64,000 bases of DNA from Octopus sinensis (Eukaryota): positions 21,266,001 through 21,330,000 of the forward strand of contig NC_043003.1 in assembly GCF_006345805.1 (NCBI RefSeq), in the 5' to 3' direction. Within the stretch, counting starts at the first letter, position 1. Every line of letters begins with the position of its first letter. Positions 13,844 through 27,460 of the stretch are shown piece after piece. A program made the translations under genes and the position numbers. The notes beneath the pieces are model-generated. The model was not told the origin of the DNA and ran no database searches. It saw only the letters and a list, made by a program, of their open reading frames with translations.

Positions 13844-14191
13844 AATGCTGGGAGTGGAGTCTTTGTCATTGCCATCATCACTATCATTGTGGTGATGGTG
13901 GTGACATTCCTTCTGCTGTTGCGGGGCAACTAAGTACTAAGCTTACAAGGAATAAGTCCTGGGCTCGATTTGCTCCATTTGCTCGACTAAAGGCGGTGCT
14001 CCAGTATGGCCACAGTCAAATGACTGAAATGAGTATAAGAGTAAGGGCAAAAGAAAAAATTCCTATGCCAAATGTGCCGAGAAATAGACTTTAACCACAT
14101 AGTGATGAATTATATGTGATTATTGACAATTTAAGTTTATTTCTCAGCATATTTGGCATAGGAATTTATTTCTTTTGCCCTTATTTATAAG

Positions 14192-14229
<38 letters not shown>

Positions 14230-14700
14230 GGTAAAGGTTAAAAACTCCCTTTGGTCATGAATGACCATGGGATTGCACCTAGAAAGATCCTCTCCAAGGC
14301 ACAAGTCCAGGCTCAGTTGTTTTATAGATGACCAGCAGCTGCCCATGCATACCAGCCTCTCCACACCACTGATATTATCCAAGGGAAAGACAAAGGCCAA
14401 TACAGCTTGATTTGTGTGCATTTGCATGTGTGTGTACTTATGTGTTTGTTTCTCACAACCTAACAATAAGTGTCAGTTTGTTTACTCAGCTGTAACTTAG
14501 CAATTGAATAAAAAGAAACTTAGGGGTCAGTATAATAGACTAAAACCCCTCAAAACTGCCCCTATTTGGCCACATTCTTATGATAAGTATAAAAATAAAA
14601 GAAGACTAACATGTATCTATGTATATATGTGTATGTGTGTGTGTGTATCTATATGCACACACACAAACATGCATGTGTACATACCTATATGCATACATAC

Positions 14701-15221
14701 ATGATGACCATCCACTCATGACGGAGGAAGACCATTGCTGACCTTCAGGAACATTGTGCGCTCTAGGACTAACTTGTATTTTGCATTTGCAGCTACGTTG
14801 GTGGCTAATGAGCCCTGCTCTTGATAAGCATACATGAGTGCAAACATTGCAGACCAAGCTTTCCCCATTCATTACACCAGCAGTGCACTTTCGAGCAGCA
14901 CACTTAAGTTCTTCATGCTGGATACGTGCTCTCTCAAAGGTGTCAACCCCCTCTTTAACCTGCTTCCTCCATCTGTGGCGATGACAGTCATTGTTCTTCC
15001 AATCAGTCTCCTATCACAAATCATAGGCCTTTAATGAAGACTTGACACGGTCTTTAAATCGCAGCCTTGGTTTCTGCTGGGGTCTCTTTCCATTCACAAG
15101 TTCCCCATATAGCATCTGCTTAGGGATCCTGCTATCCTTCATTCTAATAAGGTGTCCAGTCTAACGTAACCGGTGCTTATGCACCATCGCCTCAATACTC
15201 AAGATATCAGCTGTCCTCAGG

Positions 15222-15223
<2 letters not shown>
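14701..15223 (-). mobile_element. RTE (BovB-like) LINE 3' fragment with terminal C2H2-like zinc finger
   Basis: VLRTADILSIEAMVHKHRLR*TGHLIRMKDSRIPKQMLYGELVNGKRPQQKPRLRFKDRVK, a frameshift, then ...CNVCTHVCLSRAGLISHQRSC. (CATA)n at both junctions. Confidence 0.85.
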
Positions 15224-15252
<29 letters not shown>

Positions 15253-18200
15253 TAGTGTAGAGTTAAATATTTAAAACGCATTAATCATGTTACTTCAAAG
15301 TTTCACCAAAGGTGGCCTGTTAAATAAAATGTTTGATCAGCCACTCTTGGCAAAACTTCAGTACTCATATTTATCTGCATGTGTGTGAGTGTGTGTGTGC
15401 GCGCGTGTGTGCACATCTGTAGACCACATGGTCAGCACTCTCACCACTAAGCTAATGTTTTAGTAGTTAAGGTGTTAAACTGCAATGATAAGGTTGCAGG
15501 TTTGATTCCTTGACTCAATCACATGTGTCCTTGAGCAAAGCACTTCATTTCACATGCTCCAATCTATTCAGCTGAAAATGAGAAATAGCAGCCTCTATGA
15601 CTGCTGGTGCAGCCATATCTTCCTCTAGCTGTTACATCCTTGTTCAACTGAGTTACAAGTAGATAGGCCCAAAGCAGTTAGTGAAAGCTTGCTAACAGCT
15701 ACCAGGCCTTAAGTTAGATACTATAACCATTTATATATTGTACATAATGCTTTCTATTATTGCCACAAGGCCTGAAGTTTTGGGAGAGGGGACTAGTTGA
15801 TTACATCGACCCCCAGAATTTCACTGATACTTAATTTATCAACTCCAAAAGGCTGAAAGGCAAAGTCAAACGCGGCGGAATTTGAACACAGAACGTAGTA
15901 ACAAGCGAAATACTGCTAAGCATTTTGTCCAGCGAATATATATATATATATATATTGTACATAATATAAATACATTGTGAAAATCAAATTTACTGCAGTA
16001 TGCATCCAGAGATATGTCTTATGGATATGCTATGTTTAAAACATATTTATGACAGAAAAGAAATAATTCCAGCAGCACCTAGTGAGACTTCTAGATGCAT
16101 TTCTGTGTCATTGGGCATTGTCAGTAGCATGTACTCACAGCCAACTACATGCAAATATAAAATCAGTTGCCACTATTATTATGGTTACTATGTTTTCCCA
16201 GTACCCAATTTCCCTGATGAGTACAATTACCTGGGTGTAACAGATGCTATCAACAATTCTAGGGAGCTTTTCCAAACAGTTAAATAAAACTTGTTTTATG
16301 GGTGTTCTTGTTGCTTGCTGCTCCTTCTTTTGTCTGCTACACACAAAGTCCATCTTCTTTGTCAGCATGCCATCATAATAGAAAATGGCATGATGTCATT
16401 AAGAATTTATTTGATAATCAAAATATCAGCAAATCATTTCAGGATGTCAGAATATTTAAAATAATTTTTGTATAACTTTCTATTCACATTTCACATTTTA
16501 TCTGTGTTAAATACTGAAATATAAATGAGTTATTTTATTGTAATAATTCATATAGACATTTGTTCAATATTGTTCCATTGTTAGTTAATTCATAATCAGG
16601 TTGATTTACAAATACAATCATTATTTAAATTCAAGTCGAAATGGAAATTGTGAAAGGTTTTATTTGCTATTGTGATGAGAGAGTGAGGGAGGGTATAGAA
16701 ATGGAGGGATTTTTTTTTATGTGAACTAAAATATTTTAATGTCTAGGTGCTTTAGTGTATCTAGTGCAGTATTTCCTTGATCTGAATTTAAATGTTACTA
16801 AGATTTGCTTAAATGTTACTAAGATTTGCTTTGCTGTTTATTGCTCCAGGGTAGGAGAAATTGGGCCTCCATTGATCAATGTTAACTATACATCAGTGGT
16901 TTCCAGGCTGGGGTCCCCAGATCCCTGGTGGTCTGCAAAGGTAGTACTGGGAACCCATGAACTAAGTTCAATATTTTATATATGTGTGTGTGTGTATATC
17001 TATCTATCTATCTATCATCATCATCATCATCATCATTTAGCGTCCGTTTCCATGCTAGCATGGGTTGGACGGTTCTACTGGGGTCTGTGAAGCCAGAAGG
17101 CTTCATCAGGCCCAGTCAAATCTGGCAGTGTTTCTACGGCTGGATGCCCTTCCTAACGCCAACCACACACACATAAGAATAAGCATATTAAAAGGGATCC
17201 ATGGGAAAACTCATTTAAATAAAAGGGTTGGGAACTACTGCTATACAACTTCTGCATGACTGTGTGGTTTGCAACCATGGAGTTACAGGTTCACTCCCAC
17301 TGCATGGTACCTAGGCCCTGTGAGTGAATTTGTTAGAAAGAAACTGTATGGACGCCCGTTGTACATGTGTGTCTGTGTTTGTCTTCTTCCCTCTGCTTCA
17401 CAACTAGTGTTAATTTATTTACATCTCCACGACTTACCAGTTAGTCAGAAGAGAGCAATAGTGTAAGTACCTGACTTAAAAAAAAAGTACTGGTGTTAAT
17501 TTCTTTGACTAAAACATTTCAGGACGGTACTCCAGCATGGCCATGGTCCAGTGACTGAAATATTTAAGATATAAAAGATATATATATTCGTTTCGGCAAA
17601 AGAGACCAATAGAATAAGTACTAAGCTTACAAAGAATAAGTCCTGGGGTCAGTTTGCTCGACTAAAGGCGGTGCCCCAGCATGGCCACAGTCAAATGACT
17701 GAAACAAGTAAAAGAGTAAAATAGTAGCATCAAGTTGAAATTAACCACACATCTCTTTCTTATCATTTCTGAATAAAAAGACAAAAATGAATACAGCCAA
17801 ACTGTTGACAATATTGATCTACTGGAAACTGTCTAAGGATGTGCAACCAGATGAATACGCTCTGTCTGTTAGTCACTTACCATGTCTTAAGTGTCTTGCT
17901 TCTCTGAGCATTAACACACCAAAATTTTGACTAGTAAAAGCTCTCAAGATTATCCACCATCTTTCCAATAGCTAGCTGCTTTTTTGAATTCAATATCTCA
18001 GCCAACCGGAGACATACTTATAAAATAAAGAAAATACAGCGCAACACCAATGATTTTGGAAATATTTTATTTTATGTTCAGAATTATCAAATAAACTATC
18101 TATGTCAGTTGTTAGCTGCTAGGAGACTGCATCCTTCAAAAATTTCATACTTCCTGAAATTCGCCCAAGACACACCAAAACGTTGACTGGTAAAAGCCCT

Positions 18201-18360
18201 CAAGATTATCCACCATCTTTCCAACAATTGGGAAGATTGTGGATAATCCATGTCAGATCTTAGCTGCCAGGAAACTGTATCCTTCCCAAAATTCACCAAC
18301 TTGATTTCCATAAAGCCTATGTACACTTTCCCCTTTATGGCTCTTTTACTGTTATTTTTA

Positions 18361-18590
18361 CTCTTTACTCTTTTACTTGTTTCAATCATTTGACTGTGGC
18401 CATGCTGGAGCACTGCCTTTAGTCGAGATTATTCGACCCCAGGACTTATTCTTTGTAAGCCTAGTACTTATTCTATCGGTCTCTTTTGCCGAACCGTCAA
18501 TTACAGGGATGTAAACAAACCAGCATCAATTGTCAAGCAATGTTGGGGGGACAAACACATACACATAAACATATATACACACACATAAAC

Positions 18591-18622
<32 letters not shown>

Positions 18623-19078
18623 ATACGTTTAAATATTTGTTGTGCAAGATTTTTTATGTGAAGTCGTGTGTTGAAACAGATATTGTTATATTTTGGAATG
18701 GTCATATTGCCAGTTTAGCCAATAAAAACACACGCACTATATATTTGGTGTTATCTTGCTTCAGTGTTATTTATTTTTTACATTAATCTTAATCTTATTT
18801 CGGCCAGAGTTCTTTCGTCACATAGAGATATAAGCATGCGCAAATGAAGACATACAATAGAAATACAAAATGGCTGATGGTTAGTAAGGAGAGACACAAA
18901 TAAGAAAGAAGAAAACAAAGGACCACTGATGCGGTCACAGGAGTGTGACGAAAGAACTCTGGCCAAAATACGATTAAGATTAATGTAAGAAATAAATAAC
19001 ACTGAAGCAAAATAACACCAAATATATAGTGCATATGTTTTTATTGGCTAAACTGGCAAAATGACCATTCCGAAATAT

Positions 19079-19123
<45 letters not shown>

Positions 19124-19305
19124 TACACATATACATATATACGACAGGCTTCTTTCAGTTTCCATCTACCAAATCCACTCACAAAGCTTTGGTCGGCCCG
19201 AGGCTATAGTAGAAGAGACGTGCCCAAGGTACCACGCAGAGGGACTGAACACGGAACCATGTGGTTCATAAGCAAGCTACTTCCCACACATCCACTCCTA
19301 TGCCT
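18361..19305 (-). mobile_element. SINE family A split in its central (TA)n by the Penelope-type foldback
   Basis: 3' half at 18361-18565 and 5' half at 19140-19305 are collinear parts of one copy. Confidence 0.7.
18680..19086. repeat. Foldback: 143-bp inverted arms, 121-bp spacer, hammerhead motif at 18920-18964; nested in a SINE
   Basis: 18680-18822 versus 18944-19086 are reverse complements with few mismatches. GGACCA CTGATGCG GTCACA GGAG TGTGAC GAAAG AA CTC TGGCC. Confidence 0.8.
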
Positions 19306-19784
19306 ACTGTTCATTTTTTTGTCTGTCTAGTGTTTTATCCTGTGTACTAATGCACAAACTTTGGCCATCATTGTTGTCTTATTTTAATTCACTTATTGCT
19401 GGTTTCTGTCCCCTCTTTTACACTTTTCCTGTGGGTTCTACTGTACCTGGGTACTGTATACATATACTACAAGCTCTTTATAATTATTATCAAAAACACC
19501 TGTGTACTTCATCAAAAGAAATCATTTATATTATGAAACAATTAAAGCATGAGTTTAATATATTTAAATAACTATATACATACATAATTAAGAAAATAAA
19601 TTAATAAATAAATAATTCTTGCATTTTAGCACTTTCAGGCAAATTCTGCTCGAATTTTTTCGGTGAAAAAAAAAAAGTCAGCGCCTTTGATTTGTTTGTT
19701 TCTTTTTCTTTTTCTTTTTTGAGCCAAAATTAGAAATATATAGTTTAGTAAATTTGCTTAAATCTCAACAAAAGAAGGAAAGGC

Positions 19785-19816
<32 letters not shown>

Positions 19817-20119
19817 GTTGTCATTGATGAAGATGATGAGGATAAAATGAGGAAAAAATATAAACAAAAACAAAAGATGAAAATAAAAATAAAAGCAAAG
19901 CAGACGAAACAAAACAAAACAAAATGAAGTAAAATAAAATAAAATAAAAACAAATATATAGCAATAACCCCAAAATGTAGATCTAAAGTAGTTCTAATTC
20001 CAGCAATGGTAATGGTAAGAATTTCATAAGCTATTATTCTATGATTAGGCTCTAGTGAAAGATCATTTTATTTGCAAGCAAAATCAATGGGTTTCTATAA
20101 ATATAATAGCAATGATTCC

Positions 20120-21015
20120 ACACACACACACACTCTTTTTGCTCTCTTTCTCTCACTTTCTCTCTTCCATACTCTCTCTCTCTCTTTTCTTTGTACTCCC
20201 TTACTTCCTTGCTCTCTATTTTCGACTCTCTCTTTCTCTCTCTTCCGGTCTCTTACAGTCTTTTTTTCTCTTGCACTCTCTTTCCATTGCAATTACTCCT
20301 TCCCATGCTATCTGCCTCTCTCACACTCATTCTCTCTCTTCCTTTCTGTCTCTCTTTTCCATTGCTCCTTTTCTTTCACTACTTTTACCCCCACTCCCAC
20401 CCCCGCCCCCACACACTCTCTCTCTCTCTTTCTCTCTCACTCCCTTCTCTATTATTTCAGTTATTTGAACTATTAACAGTGAGTGTGAGCCAATGAATAG
20501 CCTCTTTACAGTATTTTTCTTATGTCTATTTGTCTGTCTGTGTACGTGTGTGTGTGTGTGTGTGCATGCATGCATGTATTTTTGTGTACCTGCATGCACA
20601 TTGTGCAGTGTGACGAAGCCAGCTGTTTACACCAACAAACCCACCCACCTTCTGGTCTGTCTCCGTCTCTCTCTATCTTTCTCTCTCTCTCTCTCTCTCA
20701 CTTTCTTTTCTCTTTCTCTTTCTCCCTCCCTTTCTCTCTCTTTTTTCTCTCTTTCTCCCTTACTCTCTCTTTCTCTTTTTCACTCTCTCTCTCCCTGTCG
20801 CTTTCTCACTCTATTTCCCTCTCTCTCTCTCTCTCTTTCTCCCTTTCTTTCTCTTTCTCTCTCTCTCTCTCTCCCTGTCTCTTTCTCACTCTATTTCCCT
20901 CTTCCTCACTCTCTCTCTCTTTCTCTGTCCCAGTCACTCTCTGTTCCTCTTTCTGTCTTCTTACTCCTCTCTCCCTGGCTCTTCTCTCTCTCCTCTCTCT
21001 CTCTCTCTTATTTCC
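20120..21015. repeat. (CT)n-rich low-complexity region
   Basis: Visible directly. Confidence 0.9.
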
Positions 21016-22589
21016 TACCACACACCTCCCACCTACTTGTGCATATTTGCATATTATCCACACACCCTTTGCCCCAACCCTACATGCTTCGCCAACCAGC
21101 CAGCCAGCCACCAAAATTCTTGCCCTCTTTCTCCATCTGACCTCCTAGAGTGCCAACATCTCATTTTGGTATCTTAAATATTACATTGAAATACATTGCC
21201 CATAATAGACTGTATTAAAAGAACGAAATAGAAAGAAATAGACAAATAAAGAAAAGTTCAACAAAGACGCCAAAGCTAAGATGGTACTACCCCCCCCTCA
21301 CCACCACCACCTCTCTCTCTGATGCTAGACATCCCAGAATAATAGACATTACTGCCACAGACCAAATATGAGTCCTTCCTTTGGTAGATCAACGGAGCTA
21401 ATTATCTCAGGGTACCTATCTATAGTATTTATTCCAGCATCCACTGAAATAACATTTAGCCAGCTCTTATTGTTTTATTAGTGTTATTTATTTATTTTTC
21501 TTTTGTTGTTATTTTTATTTTTATGCTATTTATTTTCGAGGTGTGACAATCTTTGCTTCTTGCATTGTATTCTTGTATTCGTAATGATGTTATTACAGAT
21601 AAGTGGTAATGGATTTCTCCTCTGAGTTGGCACAGGGCCAACTGTTGTTGTCATTATTTAGCGCCGAGTCATCTATGATCGATCAAACGTCTTTGAGCGA
21701 AAGCATTTCCAGCCATGACCACCCAGTCTTGCTTTTAGATATAGTATATTTAGGGTTACATTATCACTTTTATTCATTCATCATCATTTAACATTTGCTT
21801 TCCTTGCTGGCATGGGTTGGACAGTTTGACAGAATCTGGAAAGCTGTAAGATTGTGTTGAGCTCCAGTGTTTGCTTTAATGTGGTTTCTACAGCTGAATG
21901 CCCTTCCTAATGCCAACCACTTAACAGAGTGTACTGGATACTTTCTTTGTGCCACTGGCAGTAGTGAAGGTACCATGAAAACTTGCAATTCACAACATGG
22001 AAAAAAGATAAAGCTTCAACTTTTAAGAGAGGAAGTTTCTTCTTTTGCTTGTTTCGAAGAACAGTAAGTCTTCCTTGAACCCAGTGAAAGCACATAGCTC
22101 ATTGGTTAGAGCGTCAGGCTCACAATCATGAGATAGTGAGTTCAGTTCCCAGACCAGGCTATGTGTTGTGTTGTTTAGCAAGACACTTTATTTCATGTTG
22201 TTCCAATTTGCTCAGCTATAGAAATGAGTTGCGATACCATTGGTGCCAAGCTGTGTCGGCCTTTGCTTTGTCTTTGGATAACGTCAGTGGTGTGGAGAGG
22301 GGAGGCTGGTATACATGGGTGACTGCTGGCCTTCTACAAACAATTTTACCCAGAGGGGAATTTTCTAGATGCAATCTCATGGTTATTCATGACTGAAGGG
22401 TGTCTTAACCGTTATATATATATATATATATCAAATTCCATAAATACTTAATATTCAATTTTATTTATTCATTCCATTTATGAATGTTTAATAATTGAGT
22501 GCTGTGAGTTAAAATCAGTTTTTTTTTTCAACATTTCTCTATATATTAGCATATATATGTATCTATGTATATACATGTGTTGAAATTTA

Positions 22590-22894
22590 TAGAAAAACAA
22601 AAGACGAAGACAAGTGTATGAACAACAAGCAAGTGTATTAGTTTGACACTCAGGAAAATGAAAAAGTCTTTTACATTTCGAGCTTATGCTCTTTAACAGA
22701 AAGAAATAAGAGAAAATAAGCAAAGAGAGAATAAAAAAATTTGTAGATTTCAGCAGCCCAGCATGGTGTGTGTGTATGTGTGTGTGTGTGTGTATATATA
22801 TATATGTATATGTATGTATGCATTATGTGTGTGTGTATATATATGTGTATGCATGTATTATAGGTTTACCTATTTATCTCTCTCATTCTGTCTT

Positions 22895-22973
<79 letters not shown>

Positions 22974-23115
22974 TGTATATGTATATATCGTGTTTCTCTA
23001 TTCTTTATTTCTGTTCCTTTCTGTCGTAGAGTATAGGCTCCAACGTAAAAGACTTTCTCAATTCCCAAGCGTTTATTTACACACTCGTCTTCGTTTTTTG
23101 TTTTTTTGGAAATTC
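22590..23115. repeat. Divergent pair of Penelope-like terminal-repeat remnants with decayed hammerhead motifs
   Basis: Minus copy 22668-22703 CTTT CTGTTAA A GAGC ATAA GCTC GAAA TG TA AAAG; plus copy 23017-23051 CTTT CTGTCGT A GAGT ATAG GCTC CAA CG TA AAAG; separated by microsatellites. Confidence 0.55.
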
Positions 23116-23133
23116 TCACTATACACACACACA

Positions 23134-23172
<39 letters not shown>

Positions 23173-24201
23173 GCTGTCAGGCTTTTACACAGTTTCTGTC
23201 TATCAAATTCACTCACAAGGGGCTATAGTAGAAGACATTTGCCCTAAGTGCCATGCTGTAGGATTGAACCTAAAAACCATGGTTGCAGAGCAAGTTTCTT
23301 AACCACACAGTCAAGCCGTGCCTGCACCATCATTGCTTTCATTGTTATTTCTGCGTTTTAGCAGTGGGGGTGGGATCAGTGTGCGTGACAGGTTTAAACT
23401 TTTATTATAATTATATGTCATTGGAGATAATAAGAAATTTCCCTTCTGTTGGCATAAATCCTCCATCTTTTCCCTTCTTATCTACCTTTTTCTTTTTCTA
23501 TATAAAATGAAAAGTGATAATGTTGCTTTCATTTAGAACCAATACATGATGTTGTTTAACCCCAGGTCAGAGTTTTGATTAAGCTGACCTATGATTAAAG
23601 ATTTTCCAGCCATAAACTGCTAGCCTGACTTTTCAGTGATATCTGGAACTAAAAATATCCTATGTGTCCTTCTTTCTTTATAAAGATGGTTGGTTGTATT
23701 ATTGATGGAGACTTGACCGATATTGGTTTCAGATTCTGGCACAACGCCAGCAAGTTTAGGGGTAAATCGATTACATCGACACTCCCCCTGCCTAGGGTTC
23801 AACTGGTACTTATTTTATCAACCTCCAAAAGGATGAAAGGCAAAGTTGACCTCAGCAGAAGTTGAACTCAGAACGTAAAGACAGGCTAATCATTCTTACA
23901 GTTTGCCACCTTATGGTTGAGCATGATGTTGATGGAGATTAAACCTGGTACTTATTCTATTCATTTCTTCTGCCAAACCACTATGTTATAGGGATGTAGA
24001 CAAACCAACTTTGATGTCAAGGCATGGTGGGTTACAAACACAAAGACACACACACACATATATCTGTATATGTATGTAATATTCTAAACAAAACTGTCCG
24101 ATGAATGGGAATGTGGGACTCTATATGTATTATATGTATGTATATGTGTATCATTATCTTCATTATCATCATTAACGTCCGTTGTCCATGCTGACAGGGA
24201 T

Positions 24202-24630
<429 letters not shown>

Positions 24631-25014
24631 GACAGGAATAAAACTGAAGCCACATGCCTACGCCTAATATATGTATGTGATTTAAGGACAATTTGACTGT
24701 TATCTCTTATAGGTCAAATGACCATGTAGAAGCTTCTTGTTGGCTCGTAGTTATAAATAGTGATTAGTATTAGTAAGGTACATACAAAAGGGTATGCTTT
24801 CACTATTATCAGTAGAATCACCACTATTTTGTGGTTTGTTTGTTTTCTTTGTTTCCATTTGAACAAAGTTAGATAAACTTATTCAACCATCTTAACTGGG
24901 GTTGGTTTGTTTTTATTTCTTGGTTTGTTTTTGTTTTTTGTTATATTTATACACTTCCTTTTTTTTTTCAGTTAACAGTAACTCCTTCATTACAACTTTT
25001 ATCTCCTTCTATCT

Positions 25015-25410
25015 GCCACCGCCATCACCACCACCATCACCACTACCACCATCACCACTACCACCATCACCACTACCACCATCACCACTGCCACCACCAT
25101 CATCACCGCTACAACCAACACCATCACCACTACAACCACCACCATCACCAACACCACCACAACCACCACCATCACCAACACCACCACCATCACCAACACC
25201 ACCACCATCACCAACACCACCACCATCACCAACACCACCACCCCATCACAACCACCACCATCACAACCACCACCATCACTACCACCGTCACCACTACCAC
25301 CATCACCACTACAACCAACACCATCGCCACTACAACCATCACCATCACCACTACCTCCACCATCACCACTACAACCAACACCATCGCCACTACCAACAGC
25401 CCCACCACCT
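25015..25410. repeat. CAC/CAT/CAA triplet-derived minisatellite (15-nt units such as CACCACCATCACCAA)
   Basis: Visible directly. Confidence 0.9.
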
Positions 25411-25640
25411 CACTCATTTACTTTGATTTGCCTCTTTGCCTCAACTATCGTTGCTTCCTAGTTTCATTCTTAAAACACTCAATGTCATAAAACTGATATT
25501 ATCTATTTTAAATTCTTTACCGAATCTCTTACATAGACAACAAAGAACCAAACATTAAACTATGCAATAATATCATAAATTTTTATGAATTTATTTATTA
25601 TTTGAATAAAAATAAATTTTTATTATTTTCAATTGATTTA

Positions 25641-25850
25641 AGGCAGCAAGCTGACAGAACCGTTAGCATATCAGACAAACTGCTTAGTGACTTCTCCTCT
25701 GGTTCTTTATTTTCTCAGTTCAAATTCCGCCGAGGTCATCTTTGCCTTTCATCCTTTTAGAATCGATAAATAAGTACCAATCGAGTACCGCAGTCAATAT
25801 AATCAACTAACCCCATCCTTTAAAATTGCTGGCTTTTGCCAAAATTTGAA
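25641..25850 (+). mobile_element. SINE family B with TSD, ending 47 nt upstream of exon 25898
   Basis: Perfect 13-bp TSD TTCAATTGATTTA at 25628-25640 and 25860-25872. Confidence 0.8.
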
Positions 25851-25897
25851 TCTGTTATCTTCAATTGATTTATCTTGTTTTCATTATTATTTTACAG

Positions 25898-26304
25898 ATT
25901 ATTGGTTCCTGTTCAAGCTTTGGTCGAACAAGAAGGTCCAAGTATATTTTCAATTCGGGACGAGAAAGGCCACACACCAGCTCACTGGGCTTGCCTTGGA
26001 GGACATACCACCATTCTTCGCTTCATCATAGAATGCAAAGGGTTAATAAATGAGCCGAGTCAAAATGATCCTGGTGCACGGCCAATTCACTGGGCTTGTG
26101 TGAATGGGCACATTGCTGTTGTGGACATACTAGTGCAGGCAGGCGTCCCACTTGATGTGATGGACAATAAGGGCTGCACGCCCCTAACTGTTGCTGCACA
26201 GTATGGCCAGACTATGCTTGCTGCCTATTTGATGGGGAAAGGTGCACAGAAACAACTTGTTGACAAAGACGGCGATAATGCTTTGCATTGGGCAGCTTTC
26301 AAAG
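25898..26304 (+). CDS. Patsas: Internal coding exon of a Patsas-like ankyrin-repeat DHHC palmitoyltransferase (ZDHHC13/17 family); about four ankyrin repeats
   Basis: Acceptor ttttacAG at 25896-25897, donor AAAG|GTAAGG at 26305. Translation LLVPVQALVEQEG...GHTPAHWACLGGH...GARPIHWACVNGH...GCTPLTVAAQYGQ...GDNALHWAAFKG shows ankyrin TPxHxA motifs and matches my recollection of Drosophila Patsas (GYTPAHW..., GPRPIHWAC..., GDTALHWAAYKG). Orthology recalled, not searched. Confidence 0.88.
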
Positions 26305-27408
26305 GTAAGGCAGTTTTAAAACTTCCTCATAAAAAGAAAAAAAAAACAGCTCTTTAAATGTTTGATCTTTGTAAATCTTTCCAACCCACAGACATAGTGA
26401 TATGATTAAGAAGCTTGCCTCCCAACCATGTCACCCACTGCACTGCATCTTGGGCAAGTGTCTTCCTCTATATTCTCTGGCCTTGTGAGTGGATTTGGTA
26501 GATGGAAATTGAAAGAAACCAATTGTATGTACTTGTGTGTGTGTGTGTGTGTGTGTGTGTACTCTTGTTTTGATGATTGTAAACCAGTGATGTTTGTTCT
26601 CAATCCTCCTTGAAAAACACATCTTGACATGGATAAATAATACATTGCTTGGAAATAGGTGAGGTTTGGCAACTGGCAGGGCATCCAACTGAAAATCTGA
26701 CTCAATGGTTTCCATCTGACCTGTGCAAGCATGAAAAAAGTGGATGTTAAATGATGATGATAGAAATACAAGCTAAGAATGAATGGTCTGTTTAATAATT
26801 CTTGGGTTACCACATGTAGGTTTTATCTATGAGAAATTTTTGAACTATTTATTATGTGCTGCTACAACATAAACAAGCAGAGGCCACATAAAAAGCACCC
26901 AGTACACTCTGTAAAGTGGTTGGCTTTACAAAGGACAACCTGCCATAGAAACCTTGCTAGAACAGACAATTGGAGCCTGGTGCAACCCTCCAGCTTGCCA
27001 ACTTTTGTCACACTGTCTAACCCATGCCAGCATAGAAAATAGACATTAAACAAGGATGATGATGATGATGATGACGGTGACAATAACAGGGATGTGTGTG
27101 TGTGTGTGTGTGGAGGTTCAATGGCCCAGTGGTTAGGGTAGCAGACTCAGCGGTTTTAGGATTGCAGTTTCGATTTCCAGATCAGGCATTGTGAGTGTTT
27201 ATTGAGCGAAAACATCTAAAGCTCCACGAGGCTCCGGCAGGGGGTGGTGGCGATCCCTGCTGTACTCTTTTGCCACAATTTTCTCTCACTCTTTCTTCTG
27301 TTGGCTTGCTCACTTAGCCAGTGGGGTGGTGTCATCTGAAGGCTAAAACAATGTGAAGCGCATTGTGACCAGCGATGTGTAGTAACATCAGATAGCCTGG
27401 TCAGTCAT

Positions 27409-27460
<52 letters not shown>

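Noticed and set aside
16000-16368. Overlapping non-repetitive ORFs, one containing DEYNYLGVT (resembles the RT 'YKYLG' motif)
   Set aside because: No other RT or transposase motifs in any frame I translated and no convincing splice sites; a BLASTX would be needed.
16789-16830. Perfect 21-bp tandem duplication TAAATGTTACTAAGATTTGCT (similarly a ~24-bp pair at 3471-3518)
   Set aside because: Real but ordinary slippage duplications with no sign of function.
17880-18413. Duplicated minus-strand peptide LLERWWIILRAFTSQ.FGV with a GTAAGT donor nearby, as an antisense exon
   Set aside because: One copy has an in-frame stop immediately before it, and related DNA recurs near 54233, pointing to a repeat.
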